The notes under the pieces were generated by a model, which ran no database searches, was not told the DNA's origin, and was given only the letters and a program-made list of their open reading frames with translations. Below are positions 25,268 to 35,942 of a DNA stretch of 47,612 nucleotides, piece after piece. Numbering within the stretch: position 1 is the stretch's first letter; every line of letters starts with the position of its first letter. Made by a program: the position numbers and the translations under genes. Source of the stretch: Eubacteriales bacterium (GTDB lineage: Bacteria > Bacillota > Clostridia > Oscillospirales > CAG-272); assembly GCA_045653745.1 (NCBI GenBank), contig JAZOMD010000062.1:1-47612 (forward strand), given 5' to 3'.

Positions 25268-27178
25268 ATGGCTGATAACGAGATGGCAAGATACCTATTT
25301 CATCAGGGGACGAATTTTTATTCTTATGAGTACCTTGGTGTCTTCTGCCGCCGTTTTTCAAAAAAGTACGAGTACACCTTCAGAACCTGGGCTCCAAACG
25401 CTCATTCGGTCGGGCTTGTTTCCGATTTCACGGGGTGGACTCTTCCTCTGCCTTTTGAAAAGATAACCGATAAGGGCGTGTGGGAGCTTGTTTTTATTTC
25501 GGAAAGACCCTTAGAGGGCGAACCGTACAAGCTTGCCATAGCGTCTGAAAAGGGCGTATCCCTAAAGGGTGATCCGTACGCACGCTTCTCACGTGGGCTT
25601 GACGACGGTGCGTCACTGATATTCACCGACAAAAGCTTTAAATGGAGCGACTCGTCCTGGAGAAGACATAGGAAAAAAACTGTCAGGTCGGATAAAGACT
25701 CGTATATAGCTGCACCTATAAATATATACGAGATACACTTCGGCAGCTTTATGCGAAAGGATAACGGAGAGCCGCTTTCTTATCGTGAGATGGCGGAAAT
25801 ACTCCCTTCCTATCTTAAGCGAATGGGATATACTCACGTGGAATTCCTTCCGCTTCAGGAGCATCCTTTTGACGGATCGTGGGGCTATCAGGTGTGCGGC
25901 TTCTACGCAATAAGCTCGCGCTTTGGAACACCTAATGATTTTAAGCATCTTGTAAACACACTGCACGAGGCTGGAATAGGCGTTATAATGGACTGGGTTC
26001 CTGCGCATTTTCCGAAGGATGAATGGGGCCTGTTCGAATTCGACGGGCGGCCGCTTTACGAGTATCAGGGTAGGGACAGGCAGGAGTCACGTAGCTGGGG
26101 CACGAGATTCTTTGACCTCGGACGCGAGGAGATACAGTCGTTTTTGATTTCCAACGCCCTGTACTTTCTAAGAGAGTTTCATATAGACGGATTGCGCGTA
26201 GATGCGGTTGCGTCGATGATATATCTTGACTACGACCGTATGCCGGGCGAGTGGATACCAAACCCGGACGGCTCCAACGAAAACAGAGAGGCTATAAGCT
26301 TTATAAAGAAGCTTAACACAGCCGTTTTCTCGGAGTTTCCCGACGTCTTAATGATAGCCGAGGAGTCTACCGCTTTTGCAAAGATAACCACGCCCATATC
26401 CGAGGGCGGTCTTGGATTTAATTTAAAATGGAATATGGGATTTGCAAACGATCTCTACGATTATCTCTCGAGCTCACCCGAGGAAAGAAAAGCAAAGCAC
26501 ACGGCACTCAATTTCCCGATAATGTACGCCTTTTCGGAAAACTTCTGCCTGCCTATCTCTCACGACGAGGTTGTTCACGGTAAAAAATCCTTCCTTGATA
26601 AATGCTATGGCTCGTACGAGGATAAGTTCAGAGAGGCTCGCGCCGCACTCCTTCTGATTGCCGCTTATCCCGGCAAAAAGCTCTTGTTTATGGGCACGGA
26701 ATACGCCCCCTTCAGGGAATGGGATTTTTCGGACTCTCTTGAGTGGTTTATGCTCGATTATCCGGTGCACAAATCCTTCAGGGATTATACCGCTGCGCTC
26801 AATCATTTTTATCTTTCGCGAAGCGAGCTCTGGGATTATGATTTTTCGCCGAAGGGCTTTGAGTGGATATACGCTGACGAGAGCGATAAAAACGCCGTAG
26901 CCTTTAAGCGTTACAATAAATCGGGAGAGTATCTCACGGTTATCGTAAGCTTTTCCGATAGAGAACAACGCCTTCTTATCCCTCTTTGCGAGGGCGAGGA
27001 GCTTGTCGCCGTATTCGATACGGGAAATTTTAGTGGTGAATTAAAAAAATTCAATATAACACAAACATCCGTAGGACCATGTGCCGAGGTAATACTGCCG
27101 AGATATTCGGGAATTATTCTCGCGCCAAAAAGCAAGACCCACAAAAAACAATATAAGGAGAAAAACAGTGTACTGTAA
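25268..27178 (+). CDS. glgB: 1,4-alpha-glucan branching enzyme
   Basis: GH13 branching-enzyme blocks: [38 protein letters not shown]. Confidence 0.95.
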   Translation: MADNEMARYLFHQGTNFYSYEYLGVFCRRFSKKYEYTFRTWAPNAHSVGLVSDFTGWTLPLPFEKITDKGVWELVFISERPLEGEPYKLAIASEKGVSLKGDPYARFSRGLDDGASLIFTDKSFKWSDSSWRRHRKKTVRSDKDSYIAAPINIYEIHFGSFMRKDNGEPLSYREMAEILPSYLKRMGYTHVEFLPLQEHPFDGSWGYQVCGFYAISSRFGTPNDFKHLVNTLHEAGIGVIMDWVPAHFPKDEWGLFEFDGRPLYEYQGRDRQESRSWGTRFFDLGREEIQSFLISNALYFLREFHIDGLRVDAVASMIYLDYDRMPGEWIPNPDGSNENREAISFIKKLNTAVFSEFPDVLMIAEESTAFAKITTPISEGGLGFNLKWNMGFANDLYDYLSSSPEERKAKHTALNFPIMYAFSENFCLPISHDEVVHGKKSFLDKCYGSYEDKFREARAALLLIAAYPGKKLLFMGTEYAPFREWDFSDSLEWFMLDYPVHKSFRDYTAALNHFYLSRSELWDYDFSPKGFEWIYADESDKNAVAFKRYNKSGEYLTVIVSFSDREQRLLIPLCEGEELVAVFDTGNFSGELKKFNITQTSVGPCAEVILPRYSGIILAPKSKTHKKQYKEKNSVL

Positions 27179-28331
27179 AAAAGAATGTATTGCGATGCTC
27201 CTTGCCGGCGGTCAGGGTTCGCGCCTCTACGATTTGACCAAAAAAACCGCAAAGCCTGCCGTTTCCTTCGGCGGCAAATATAAAATAATAGATTTTCCTC
27301 TTTCCAACTGTGTAAATTCGGGTATAGATACCGTCGGAGTTTTGACTCAGTATCAGCCTCTGGCACTAAACGAGTACGTTGGCAGAGGTGCTCCGTGGGA
27401 TCTCGACCGTATGAGAGGCGGCCTCTCCGTGCTTCCGCCGTATCAGGGTAATCAGGGCTCTGATTGGTATAAGGGCACGGCTAACGCCATTTATCAGAAC
27501 ATAAATTTTATTAAGCAGTATAATCCCGATTATACGCTTATACTCTCGGGCGACCATATTTACCGTATGGACTATAAAAAAATGCTCGAGCAGCATAAAG
27601 AGACGGGGGCTGTATGTACCGTTGCGACCATAACGGTTCCGATTGAGGAGGCAAGCCGATTCGGCATTTGTAATACCACGCCCGACGGTGCGATATACGA
27701 GTTTGAGGAAAAGCCGAAAAAGCCTAAGAACAATCAGGCTTCTATGGGTATCTATATCTTCAACACCGATACGCTTATCGAGTATCTCGAGACCGACGAG
27801 GCGGACGAGAATTCGAGCAACGACTTCGGAAAAAACATAATTCCCAATCTTCTTCACAACGGAGAAAAGCTTTTCTCGTATAAATTTGACGGCTATTGGA
27901 AGGACGTCGGTACCATATCCTCTCTCTGGGAGGCGAATATGGACCTTATTGGCGAAAACCCCGTTCTTAATATCGCTGATAACAGACTTCGTATATACTC
28001 GAAGAATACTGCCCGTCCACCGCAGTTCCTCGGAGCTAAATCCGCCGTAGTCAACTCTATGATTTCGGAAGGCTGCAGAATATACGGACGAGTAGAAAAT
28101 TCTATTCTCTCGGGCGGTGTAACAGTCGAGGAAGGTGCTGTCGTTCGGGATTCCGTGATTTTTGAGGACGTTTTGATTAAAAAAGGCGCATCGGTCTATA
28201 CCGCAATCATTGACTCCGAGTCGGTGATAGAGAGTGGCGCTCAGGTCGGCGTTGACGGTGCCGATAAAAACAATATAACAGTAATCGCAAGCGGAAGCGT
28301 GGTCGAGAAGACCACCCACGCAAAGTCTTAA
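27168..28331 (+). CDS. glgC: Glucose-1-phosphate adenylyltransferase catalytic subunit
   Basis: [19 protein letters not shown] and a left-handed beta-helix C-terminus. GTG start with strong SD AAGGAG 7 nt upstream. It overlaps glgB by 11 nt. Confidence 0.95.
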   Translation: MYCKKECIAMLLAGGQGSRLYDLTKKTAKPAVSFGGKYKIIDFPLSNCVNSGIDTVGVLTQYQPLALNEYVGRGAPWDLDRMRGGLSVLPPYQGNQGSDWYKGTANAIYQNINFIKQYNPDYTLILSGDHIYRMDYKKMLEQHKETGAVCTVATITVPIEEASRFGICNTTPDGAIYEFEEKPKKPKNNQASMGIYIFNTDTLIEYLETDEADENSSNDFGKNIIPNLLHNGEKLFSYKFDGYWKDVGTISSLWEANMDLIGENPVLNIADNRLRIYSKNTARPPQFLGAKSAVVNSMISEGCRIYGRVENSILSGGVTVEEGAVVRDSVIFEDVLIKKGASVYTAIIDSESVIESGAQVGVDGADKNNITVIASGSVVEKTTHAKS

Positions 28332-28347
28332 GAGGGGAGATAGAGAA

Positions 28348-29481
28348 ATGGCTAAAAGTGCAGCAGGTATAATTTTTTCAAGCCTTAACGAAAATACGCT
28401 CTCGCGCCTTACTTCGGACAGAACGGTTGCCGCTATTCCTTTTGCGTGCCGTTACAGACTCGTGGATTTCTGTCTTTCGAATATGGTTAACGCCAATATT
28501 TCGAATATCAATATCGTAATCAACTATAACTACCGTTCGCTGGTAGAGCATATCGGTAGCGGTAAGGACTGGGATCTTGCAAGAAGAAGCGGCGGTATCA
28601 ATATTATAACCCCTTTCCAGTCTGCAAGAAACGCCTCCGAGGCGAAAATGTTCTCAACTCATATGGAAGCGCTGAAAAGTATGCGCGAGTACATCTCGGA
28701 ATTCCGCGAGGAATACGTCGTTCTGATGGACTCCGATGCGGTGCTTAATATCAACCTCTCCGACGTAATCAGACGGCACGAGCAAACCGAATGCGACGTG
28801 ACGATGGTAACGAAGGGCGTGGATTGTGATTTTTCCTCGAAGCATCCGCGTCTGCTTCTTTCCTCGGTCGCAGGCAAGGTGACTTCTATCGCTTTGGGCT
28901 CGGGATACAACGAGCTTCATCAGGAGCTTTCTCTCGGCATCTACGTTATGAAAACGCTTTATCTTCGCAAGCTCATAGAGGAGGCGGATGCGTATAACGT
29001 TAACAGCCTCACTTCGATGCTCTTGAAGAATTGCAAGTCCTCGAACTACAGAGCTTATAAATACACAGGTTACGTAGCGAGCGTTTCAAGCTTCCTTGAT
29101 TACTATAAATGCTCGATGGAGCTTGCAAAGGACGATAAAGCACGCGAGTCGCTCCTTTGGAAAACGGAAAATCCCGTTTTCACGAGAGTACACAACTCTG
29201 CTCCTACGAAATATTCCAAGGACGCCGTGGTAGAATCATCTATGATAGCAGACGAGTGTGTAATCGAGGGCACCGTTATAAACTCCGTTCTTTCAAGAGG
29301 CGTGCGCGTTGAGCGCGGCGCGGTAGTCAAGAACTCCGTGCTTTTCAGAGGAACAAGAGTGGAGCGCGGCGCAACACTCAACTGTATAGTTGCAGACAAG
29401 GACGTTTTGGTTTCTTCGGGAGTCTGTCTTTCGGGCAATGACAATATGCCCTTTTACATTCAAAAGGGAAGAAAGATTTGA
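28348..29481 (+). CDS. glgD: Glucose-1-phosphate adenylyltransferase regulatory subunit GlgD
   Basis: A GlgC paralog that lacks the GGxGxRL motif (SSLNENTLSRL instead). Its position directly after glgC matches Firmicutes. Confidence 0.9.
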   Translation: MAKSAAGIIFSSLNENTLSRLTSDRTVAAIPFACRYRLVDFCLSNMVNANISNINIVINYNYRSLVEHIGSGKDWDLARRSGGINIITPFQSARNASEAKMFSTHMEALKSMREYISEFREEYVVLMDSDAVLNINLSDVIRRHEQTECDVTMVTKGVDCDFSSKHPRLLLSSVAGKVTSIALGSGYNELHQELSLGIYVMKTLYLRKLIEEADAYNVNSLTSMLLKNCKSSNYRAYKYTGYVASVSSFLDYYKCSMELAKDDKARESLLWKTENPVFTRVHNSAPTKYSKDAVVESSMIADECVIEGTVINSVLSRGVRVERGAVVKNSVLFRGTRVERGATLNCIVADKDVLVSSGVCLSGNDNMPFYIQKGRKI

Positions 29482-29523
29482 TGAAATTTCGCGAACGCTG
29501 TTCGCAAGCTGAAAGGAACTTTT

Positions 29524-30948
29524 ATGAAGGTTTTATATGTAACAAGTGAAGCAGGACCGTATGCTGCTTCGGGCGGTCTTGGCGACGTGATGGGCGCACT
29601 TCCGTTGGCTGTTGCCGATAGAGATGCACAAATCACCGCTGAAGTTATTTTGCCGCTATACGATACGGTTAAGGAAGAATACAGAAAAGAGCTTGAGCTC
29701 GTCGCGGATATAAGCTTTAATCTTTCCTGGAGAAAGACGGGGGCGAGCATCTATAAGCTTTCGCGCGGTGGAGTCAACTACTATTTCGTAGAAAATCACT
29801 ATTATTTTGAGCGTGGAAGGCTCTACGGAGAATTCGACGATGCAGAGCGCTTCGCTTTCTTCTCTCGCGCGGTGGTTGAATATATTCTTTCGAGCGGAAA
29901 CGTTCCCGACGTTCTTCATGCTAACGATTGGCAGACGGCAATGACCGTGGTGTATCTCAAAACGGAATATGCCCGTATAGATGTGCTCTCAAAAATCAAG
30001 ACCGTATATACCATTCACAATATTGAGTATCAGGGTAAATACGACCCATATATACTCGGTGATATATTTGGTCTTGACACTAAGTACAGAGGCGTGCTTG
30101 AATATAACGGCTGCCTTAATCTTATGAAGGGCGCGATAGTAAGCTCGGATTTCGTTACCACCGTCAGCCCTAATTACAGAAACGAGCTCGAGCACGACTT
30201 CTTTTCCTTTGGACTTTCCCCCATAATAAAGGCCGCAAAAAGCAAAATGGCGGGAGTTATCAACGGAATAGACTACTCTTACTTTTCTCCCGAGCGCGGA
30301 GGCGACGTTTATTTTGATTATGACTCATCTAATTACAAGAGCGGAAAAGCAAAAAACAAGGCGCAGCTTCAGGCGGAGCTCGGACTTGAGGTGAACAGAA
30401 ATATTCCTCTTGTAGTTATGATTACCAGGCTTACGGCAGGCAAGGGAATAGACCTCGTCCTTCATATTTTAGACGAGCTTCTTTCGGAGCGGGTTCAGTT
30501 TGTTCTTCTCGGTACTGGGGAACCCGAGTACGAAAGTGCTTTTAAAGCGGCAGAGTCACGCCACCCCAATTTACGTGCGCTTATAAAGTTTGACAGAGTG
30601 ATCTCGAAGAAAATGTACGCTGCGGCAGATATTTTCCTTATGCCTTCAAAGAGCGAGCCTTGCGGACTCGCACAGATGATAGCCTGCTCGTATGCGACGG
30701 TTCCGGTTGTTCGCTCGGTTGGCGGTCTTTACGATTCGATTCGCTCATATGGCGAGGAGGGGGCAAACGGCTTCAGGTTCGATAATTACAATGCGCACGA
30801 GCTTCTTTTCACCCTGAAGACTGCACTCGATTTATATAAAGATAAGAAATCCTGGGGCAAGCTCACGCTCGGAGCAAAGAACTCCGACTTCTCGTGGAAC
30901 AATTCTGCCTCGAAATATATCGCGATTTACAACAATTTACTCAATTAA
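29524..30948 (+). CDS. glgA: Glycogen synthase (ADP-glucose type)
   Basis: MKVLYVTSEAGPYAASGGLGDV N-terminus. GT5 family layout. Confidence 0.95.
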   Translation: MKVLYVTSEAGPYAASGGLGDVMGALPLAVADRDAQITAEVILPLYDTVKEEYRKELELVADISFNLSWRKTGASIYKLSRGGVNYYFVENHYYFERGRLYGEFDDAERFAFFSRAVVEYILSSGNVPDVLHANDWQTAMTVVYLKTEYARIDVLSKIKTVYTIHNIEYQGKYDPYILGDIFGLDTKYRGVLEYNGCLNLMKGAIVSSDFVTTVSPNYRNELEHDFFSFGLSPIIKAAKSKMAGVINGIDYSYFSPERGGDVYFDYDSSNYKSGKAKNKAQLQAELGLEVNRNIPLVVMITRLTAGKGIDLVLHILDELLSERVQFVLLGTGEPEYESAFKAAESRHPNLRALIKFDRVISKKMYAAADIFLMPSKSEPCGLAQMIACSYATVPVVRSVGGLYDSIRSYGEEGANGFRFDNYNAHELLFTLKTALDLYKDKKSWGKLTLGAKNSDFSWNNSASKYIAIYNNLLN

Positions 30949-30965
30949 CAGAAAGTTTTACACAA

Positions 30966-33443
30966 ATGATCAACAGATTAGGTTCAAATCCCGTGACGGG
31001 AAAAAAGGAAAAAATATCAAAGCAGGAGCTCCGAGAACGCATAGAGGCAAAGCTCATTACAAGAGGCATTACCGAGCCTAATACGGCAACGGACGAGCAG
31101 CTTTATCAGGCAGTCGTTTACGCTCTTAAGGATATAATGCTCGAGTACCGCGAGGACTTCAAAAAGAGGGCGAAGGCGGTTTCGGCAAAAAGAGTGTGCT
31201 ATCTTTGTATGGAGTTTCTTGTCGGCAGAGCACTGAAAAACGACGCGATAAGCCTTGGCGTTTACGATGAGCTTTCGGAAATACTTCGTGACTACGGAAC
31301 AACCTTTGAGAAGGTTTATTCTTCCGAGGTTGACCCCGGACTCGGCAACGGCGGTCTCGGAAGGCTTGCCGCCTGTTTTATGGATTCGCTTTCGGCAGGA
31401 GATTATCTTGCCAACGGATACTCGCTTCTTTACGAAAACGGTCTCTTTAAGCAGAAAATTATTGACGGTGAGCAGGTTGAGCTCTCCGACGAATGGCTTG
31501 CCTCGGGTGGAGTATGGCTCGTTCCGCGCACCGATAAAATTCTTTCCGTTCGCTTTGGTGGCAGAATTGAGGAGCAGTGGGATAACGGTGAGCTGCGCAT
31601 ATTCAACTACGATTACGACGAGGTAAAGGCGGTTCCTTATGACCTTCTGATACCCGGAACGGATACGAATGCGGTTAATACCATTCGCCTCTGGCGAGCA
31701 CGCAAGGCACTTTCGTCTATCAGCACCTATCCGACGCAGAGTGAATATATGCGAGGAAGAAGCGATACCTCTAATGCGGAGTCTATTACCAAGCAGCTTT
31801 ATCCGCCGGATAATTACGACGAGGGAAAGCTCTTGAGGCTTACTCAGCAGTATTTCCTCGTTTCCGCGTCGCTTCAAAGTATTTTTAACGACTATCTTGC
31901 AGAGCACGGCTCTCTTGCCGGCTTTGAGGATAACGTTTCCATTCACATCAACGACACTCACCCGGCACTTTGCATTCCCGAGCTTATGCGTATACTTATG
32001 GACGTATACTCGTATTCGTGGGACGATGCGTGGGCAATAGTTGTGAAGTGTGTCTCCTATACCAATCATACGGTTCTCCCCGAGGCTCTTGAGTGCTGGA
32101 GAGTGGATCTTTTCAGCATGAAGCTTCCGAGAATATTTATGATTGTAAATGAGATTAACCGTAGGTTTACCGCCGATCTTTGGAATCTTTATCCCGGTGA
32201 TTGGGACAGAATTTCGAGAATGTCGATAGTTGCCTATAATCAGGTAAGAATGGCAAATCTCTCGATTGTTGGCTCGCATACGGTCAACGGAGTATCAAAG
32301 CTTCACAGTGATATTCTGAAGAAGACGATTTTCCACGATTTCTACAAAATGACTCCGTGGAAGTTCACTAACGTTACCAACGGTGTCGCGCATAGAAGAT
32401 GGTTAAACAACTCAAATCCCGCACTTGCTTCGCTTCTTGACGAGCTTATCGGTCCGGAGTTCCGCGAGAACGCACTTATGCTCGAGGGGCTTCTTAAGTA
32501 CAAGGACGACTCTGAGGTATTAAAGCAAATAGCCGAGATAAAGCACCGTAACAAGGAGACGTTTGCATACTACGCTTACGGTAAAACGGGAAAGAGAATA
32601 GATACCTCGTCTATTTTCGACGTGCAGATTAAACGTATGCACGAGTATAAGCGTCAGCTGCTTAACGTTTTAAAGATAATATCGCTTTACAACGAGCTTC
32701 TTGATAATCCTAACGCCGATATACCGCCGCAGACCTTTATTTTCGGCTGCAAGGCGGCACCCGGATACGTTATGGCAAAGAAGATAATCAAGCTTATATG
32801 GTTCCTTGCAGAGGAGCTTGAGCGCAACCCTATCACGCGTGACAGGCTTAAAATAGTCTTTATGGAGGAATATAACGTATCTCTTGCCGAGGTGCTGATT
32901 CCTTCTGCAGATATTTCGGAGCAGATTTCTCTTGCAGGCAAGGAGGCAAGCGGCACGGGCTGTATGAAGCTTATGATGAACGGTGCAATTACCGTGGGAA
33001 CTCTCGACGGAGCAAACGTTGAGATAGCCGAGGCGTGCGGCAGAGAGAATATTTATATTTTCGGCCTTAACACCAACGAGGTAGACGAGCTTTGGAGAGC
33101 CGGCTATATCGCGCGCGAGTTTGCATACCGTTCCGAAAAGCTGCGCCGCGTAATCGACCGCCTCTACCACCCGATAGCAGGTCAGGACTTCTCTCACATA
33201 GCCGATTATCTTATGGGCTCGGGATACGGAATTGCCGATCCTTTTATGTGCCTTGCCGATTTTGATTCCTATACCGGAGTGTACGACTTGGCTATGAAGG
33301 ATTACAAAGACAATGACAGATGGGCGCGCATGTCACTTATAAATACTGCTACAAGCGGTATTTTCGCATCGGATAACAGCATTTCGAATTACGCGCGCGA
33401 TATCTGGCACGCATCTCCCGTCAACAAGGTGAAGCTGCCTTGA
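30966..33443 (+). CDS. glgP: Glycogen/maltodextrin phosphorylase
   Basis: PLP-lysine block EASGTGCMKLMMNGA, plus GLGNGGLGRLAACF and HEYKRQ. The start is placed at the first ATG after the glgA stop (track ORF 30894 overlaps glgA). Confidence 0.93.
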   Translation: MINRLGSNPVTGKKEKISKQELRERIEAKLITRGITEPNTATDEQLYQAVVYALKDIMLEYREDFKKRAKAVSAKRVCYLCMEFLVGRALKNDAISLGVYDELSEILRDYGTTFEKVYSSEVDPGLGNGGLGRLAACFMDSLSAGDYLANGYSLLYENGLFKQKIIDGEQVELSDEWLASGGVWLVPRTDKILSVRFGGRIEEQWDNGELRIFNYDYDEVKAVPYDLLIPGTDTNAVNTIRLWRARKALSSISTYPTQSEYMRGRSDTSNAESITKQLYPPDNYDEGKLLRLTQQYFLVSASLQSIFNDYLAEHGSLAGFEDNVSIHINDTHPALCIPELMRILMDVYSYSWDDAWAIVVKCVSYTNHTVLPEALECWRVDLFSMKLPRIFMIVNEINRRFTADLWNLYPGDWDRISRMSIVAYNQVRMANLSIVGSHTVNGVSKLHSDILKKTIFHDFYKMTPWKFTNVTNGVAHRRWLNNSNPALASLLDELIGPEFRENALMLEGLLKYKDDSEVLKQIAEIKHRNKETFAYYAYGKTGKRIDTSSIFDVQIKRMHEYKRQLLNVLKIISLYNELLDNPNADIPPQTFIFGCKAAPGYVMAKKIIKLIWFLAEELERNPITRDRLKIVFMEEYNVSLAEVLIPSADISEQISLAGKEASGTGCMKLMMNGAITVGTLDGANVEIAEACGRENIYIFGLNTNEVDELWRAGYIAREFAYRSEKLRRVIDRLYHPIAGQDFSHIADYLMGSGYGIADPFMCLADFDSYTGVYDLAMKDYKDNDRWARMSLINTATSGIFASDNSISNYARDIWHASPVNKVKLP

Positions 33444-33473
33444 GTTTTTAGTTTTTAATGAAAGGATCTGCTT

Positions 33474-35381
33474 GTGAGAGCAAAATTGCAGATTAACGAT
33501 ATCCCAAAGCCCCTGTCGCTCTACGAATACGTGCACGGTGGCAGGGGAGAGAGCGCTACGGCGTTTGATATATCCGAGCGAGCAGGGTTCAGAATAAAGG
33601 CTCCGCGCTCGCTTGGCCTTCTGGAAACGTATCTTGAGATTTTTACAGAATCGCTCGAATTCAAATTAAAGATAAAGCTTTCCTTTTCTGCGCTCTCTGA
33701 GGGGATGGACGTTTACGAGGCGCTCATTCCTATAAAGAAGCTCGGTGTAGGGCTTTACTTTATGCGTGTGTCTTCGAAGGTGCTTGGAAGTATGCTGTAT
33801 TCGAAAAAAAGAGGCGAATATCTTTATTTTGAAGAACACGCCTCGCTCTCCGATCTCCTTCAGCTTACCGTATACGATTTCAAATACGACGAGCCCGAGA
33901 AGATGCTTGGCGGTGTTATATATCATATATTCGTAGACAGGTTTATGCGTGGTGGCGAATATGAGGTCCCCGATACGGCGCACGTGATAGACGGAGAGTG
34001 GGATAAAATACCCGAGTTTCCCGAATACAGAGGCGCACCTTTAAAGAACAACACCTTTTACGGCGGAACGCTTTTCGGGATTGCGGATAAGCTTGACTAC
34101 ATTTCTTCGCTTGGAGTAAAGGCGTTATATTTAAGCCCGATATTCAAATCGGTTTCAAACCACCGATACGATACCGCCGATTATATGCAGGTCGATCCTA
34201 TGCTCGGCGGCGAAAGGGCGCTCGCGCATCTTATCAGGGAAGGGGATAAAAGAGAAATATCCATTATTCTCGACGGAGTGTTTAATCACACGGGAGACGA
34301 TAGCGTATACTTTAACCGCTACGGACGCTTCTCGGGTGTCGGCGCATATCAGTCGCGCGAGTCGAAATATTATCCCTGGTACGACTTCTCACAGTTCCCG
34401 AACAAGTACACTTGTTGGTGGGATATTGAAATTCTGCCTCGCATTAACCCCGATATTCCCGAATGTTCGGACTTTTTCGTTGGCGATGGCGGAGTCATAG
34501 ATCACTATCGCAAAATGGGAATCTACGGCTTCAGACTCGACGTTGCAGATGAGCTTTCGGATTCTTTTATTGAGAAGATCAAGTCAAGACTTTCGGATAA
34601 AGGCGAGTCTATTCTCTACGGAGAGGTGTGGGAAGACGCATCGAACAAGATAGCATATTCGACGAGAAAAAAATATTACCTCGGACGCGAGCTTGACGGA
34701 GTTATGAACTATCCGCTTCGCGCAGGGATTATCGAATATATCCTTAAAAAGGACAAGAGCGCTCTCGAGTATGCGCTTGAGGTTATGCACAACGCACCGA
34801 AGCGAGTTATGCACGCGCAAATGAATTTACTCGGTACTCACGATACCGAGCGTATACTGACCGTCCTTTCAGGAATATCAACCGAAGGAAAAACAAACGA
34901 GGAGCTTTCTACGCTTCGTCTTACCGAAAAAGAGCGTGGACATGCTATAAAACGCCTTATGGCGGCTTACACCGTTCTTGCAACGCTTCCCGGAATACCG
35001 ACGGTCTTCTACGGCGACGAGGCAGGACTCGAGGGATTTCACGATCCATTTAACCGTATGCCGTATCCGTGGGGAAGGGAAAGCTCCGAGCTCGTAGCAC
35101 ATTATCAGTCGGTAGGCAGACTCCGCGAAAATAATTCGGTATACAGAAAAGGCGAATTCACGTTACACGCTTTGAGTGATGAAGTTTTCGTTTTCTCTCG
35201 ATCGGACGCTAAAGCAGAGTATTTCACCGTCTTCAATAATTCAGAGCGTGAATGCTCGGTTCGATTCACGAGCACGGCGCGCTCGCTTTTGGGCGAATCA
35301 AAAGGTGAAGTCCACAGACTTTCTTCGCTTGAAGCAAAGGTGTTCAAAGCAAGGAAAAACACAAAATTCGAATTCATTTAA
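33474..35381 (+). CDS. GH13 alpha-amylase-family enzyme (neopullulanase/cyclomaltodextrinase/debranching-like) with an N-terminal accessory domain of about 140 aa
   Basis: Conserved regions VFNHTG, YGFRLDVADEL, LYGEVWED, LLGTHDTER. GTG start with SD AAAGGA. Confidence 0.85.
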   Translation: MRAKLQINDIPKPLSLYEYVHGGRGESATAFDISERAGFRIKAPRSLGLLETYLEIFTESLEFKLKIKLSFSALSEGMDVYEALIPIKKLGVGLYFMRVSSKVLGSMLYSKKRGEYLYFEEHASLSDLLQLTVYDFKYDEPEKMLGGVIYHIFVDRFMRGGEYEVPDTAHVIDGEWDKIPEFPEYRGAPLKNNTFYGGTLFGIADKLDYISSLGVKALYLSPIFKSVSNHRYDTADYMQVDPMLGGERALAHLIREGDKREISIILDGVFNHTGDDSVYFNRYGRFSGVGAYQSRESKYYPWYDFSQFPNKYTCWWDIEILPRINPDIPECSDFFVGDGGVIDHYRKMGIYGFRLDVADELSDSFIEKIKSRLSDKGESILYGEVWEDASNKIAYSTRKKYYLGRELDGVMNYPLRAGIIEYILKKDKSALEYALEVMHNAPKRVMHAQMNLLGTHDTERILTVLSGISTEGKTNEELSTLRLTEKERGHAIKRLMAAYTVLATLPGIPTVFYGDEAGLEGFHDPFNRMPYPWGRESSELVAHYQSVGRLRENNSVYRKGEFTLHALSDEVFVFSRSDAKAEYFTVFNNSERECSVRFTSTARSLLGESKGEVHRLSSLEAKVFKARKNTKFEFI

Positions 35382-35397
35382 CTTAGAGGCAAAGGTT

Positions 35398-35910
35398 ATG
35401 ACAGTCACGCTTATCGGTATGCCCGGTGCAGGAAAGAGCTGTATGGGCAAGGCGCTTTCAAGAAAACTTAAGATGAAGCTTGTCGACGGAGACAGACTTA
35501 TCGAGGAGCGCACAGGGAAAAAGCTATACGAAATTATAGACGAGGAAGGGCTTGAAGGTTTTAAAAAAATCGAGGAAGAAACACTCCTTTCGATAACCGA
35601 GGATAATATTATCATTTCCCCCGGCGGAAGCGCTATATATTACGACAAGGTAATGCAGCACTTTAAGGAACGAGGCATCGTGATATATCTTTACGTCAGC
35701 CCCGCTACGTTGCTTGCGCGCCTCGGCGATTTTTCAAAGCGCGGAATAGTACTTAAGGAAGGGCAGACCATAAAGGATCTTTACGATGAAAGAGCGCCTT
35801 TGATGGAAAAATATGCCGATATAAAGCTGAACTGTGACGGCGTTGCGTACGGTAAATACCAAAAAACGGCACTAGAACTGATACAAAAGCGCATATCAAA
35901 TCCGATTTAA
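35398..35910 (+). CDS. aroK: Shikimate kinase
   Basis: 170 aa: MTVTLIGMPGAGKSCMGKALS...DGD. P-loop and shikimate-binding DGD are present. The start is an internal ATG of track ORF 35176. Confidence 0.88.
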   Translation: MTVTLIGMPGAGKSCMGKALSRKLKMKLVDGDRLIEERTGKKLYEIIDEEGLEGFKKIEEETLLSITEDNIIISPGGSAIYYDKVMQHFKERGIVIYLYVSPATLLARLGDFSKRGIVLKEGQTIKDLYDERAPLMEKYADIKLNCDGVAYGKYQKTALELIQKRISNPI

Positions 35911-35912
35911 AT

Positions 35913-35942
35913 AAAAAAAGACAGCGGCTGCTGTCTTTTTTT
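35913..35942. terminator. Bidirectional terminator between aroK (+) and cysteine desulfurase (-)
   Basis: aaaaaaagacagc-ggct-gctgtcttttttt. Confidence 0.8.

Noticed and set aside
30894-30965. Upstream extension of glgP that overlaps the end of glgA.
   Set aside because: It is only a read-through frame inside glgA. The first ATG after the glgA stop (30966) gives a normal-length phosphorylase.
35176-35397. Upstream extension of aroK (a GTG start inside the GH13 gene).
   Set aside because: The 74 extra residues overlap the GH13 C-terminus in another frame and have no kinase homology. ATG 35398 places the P-loop at residues 8-14, as in all shikimate kinases.
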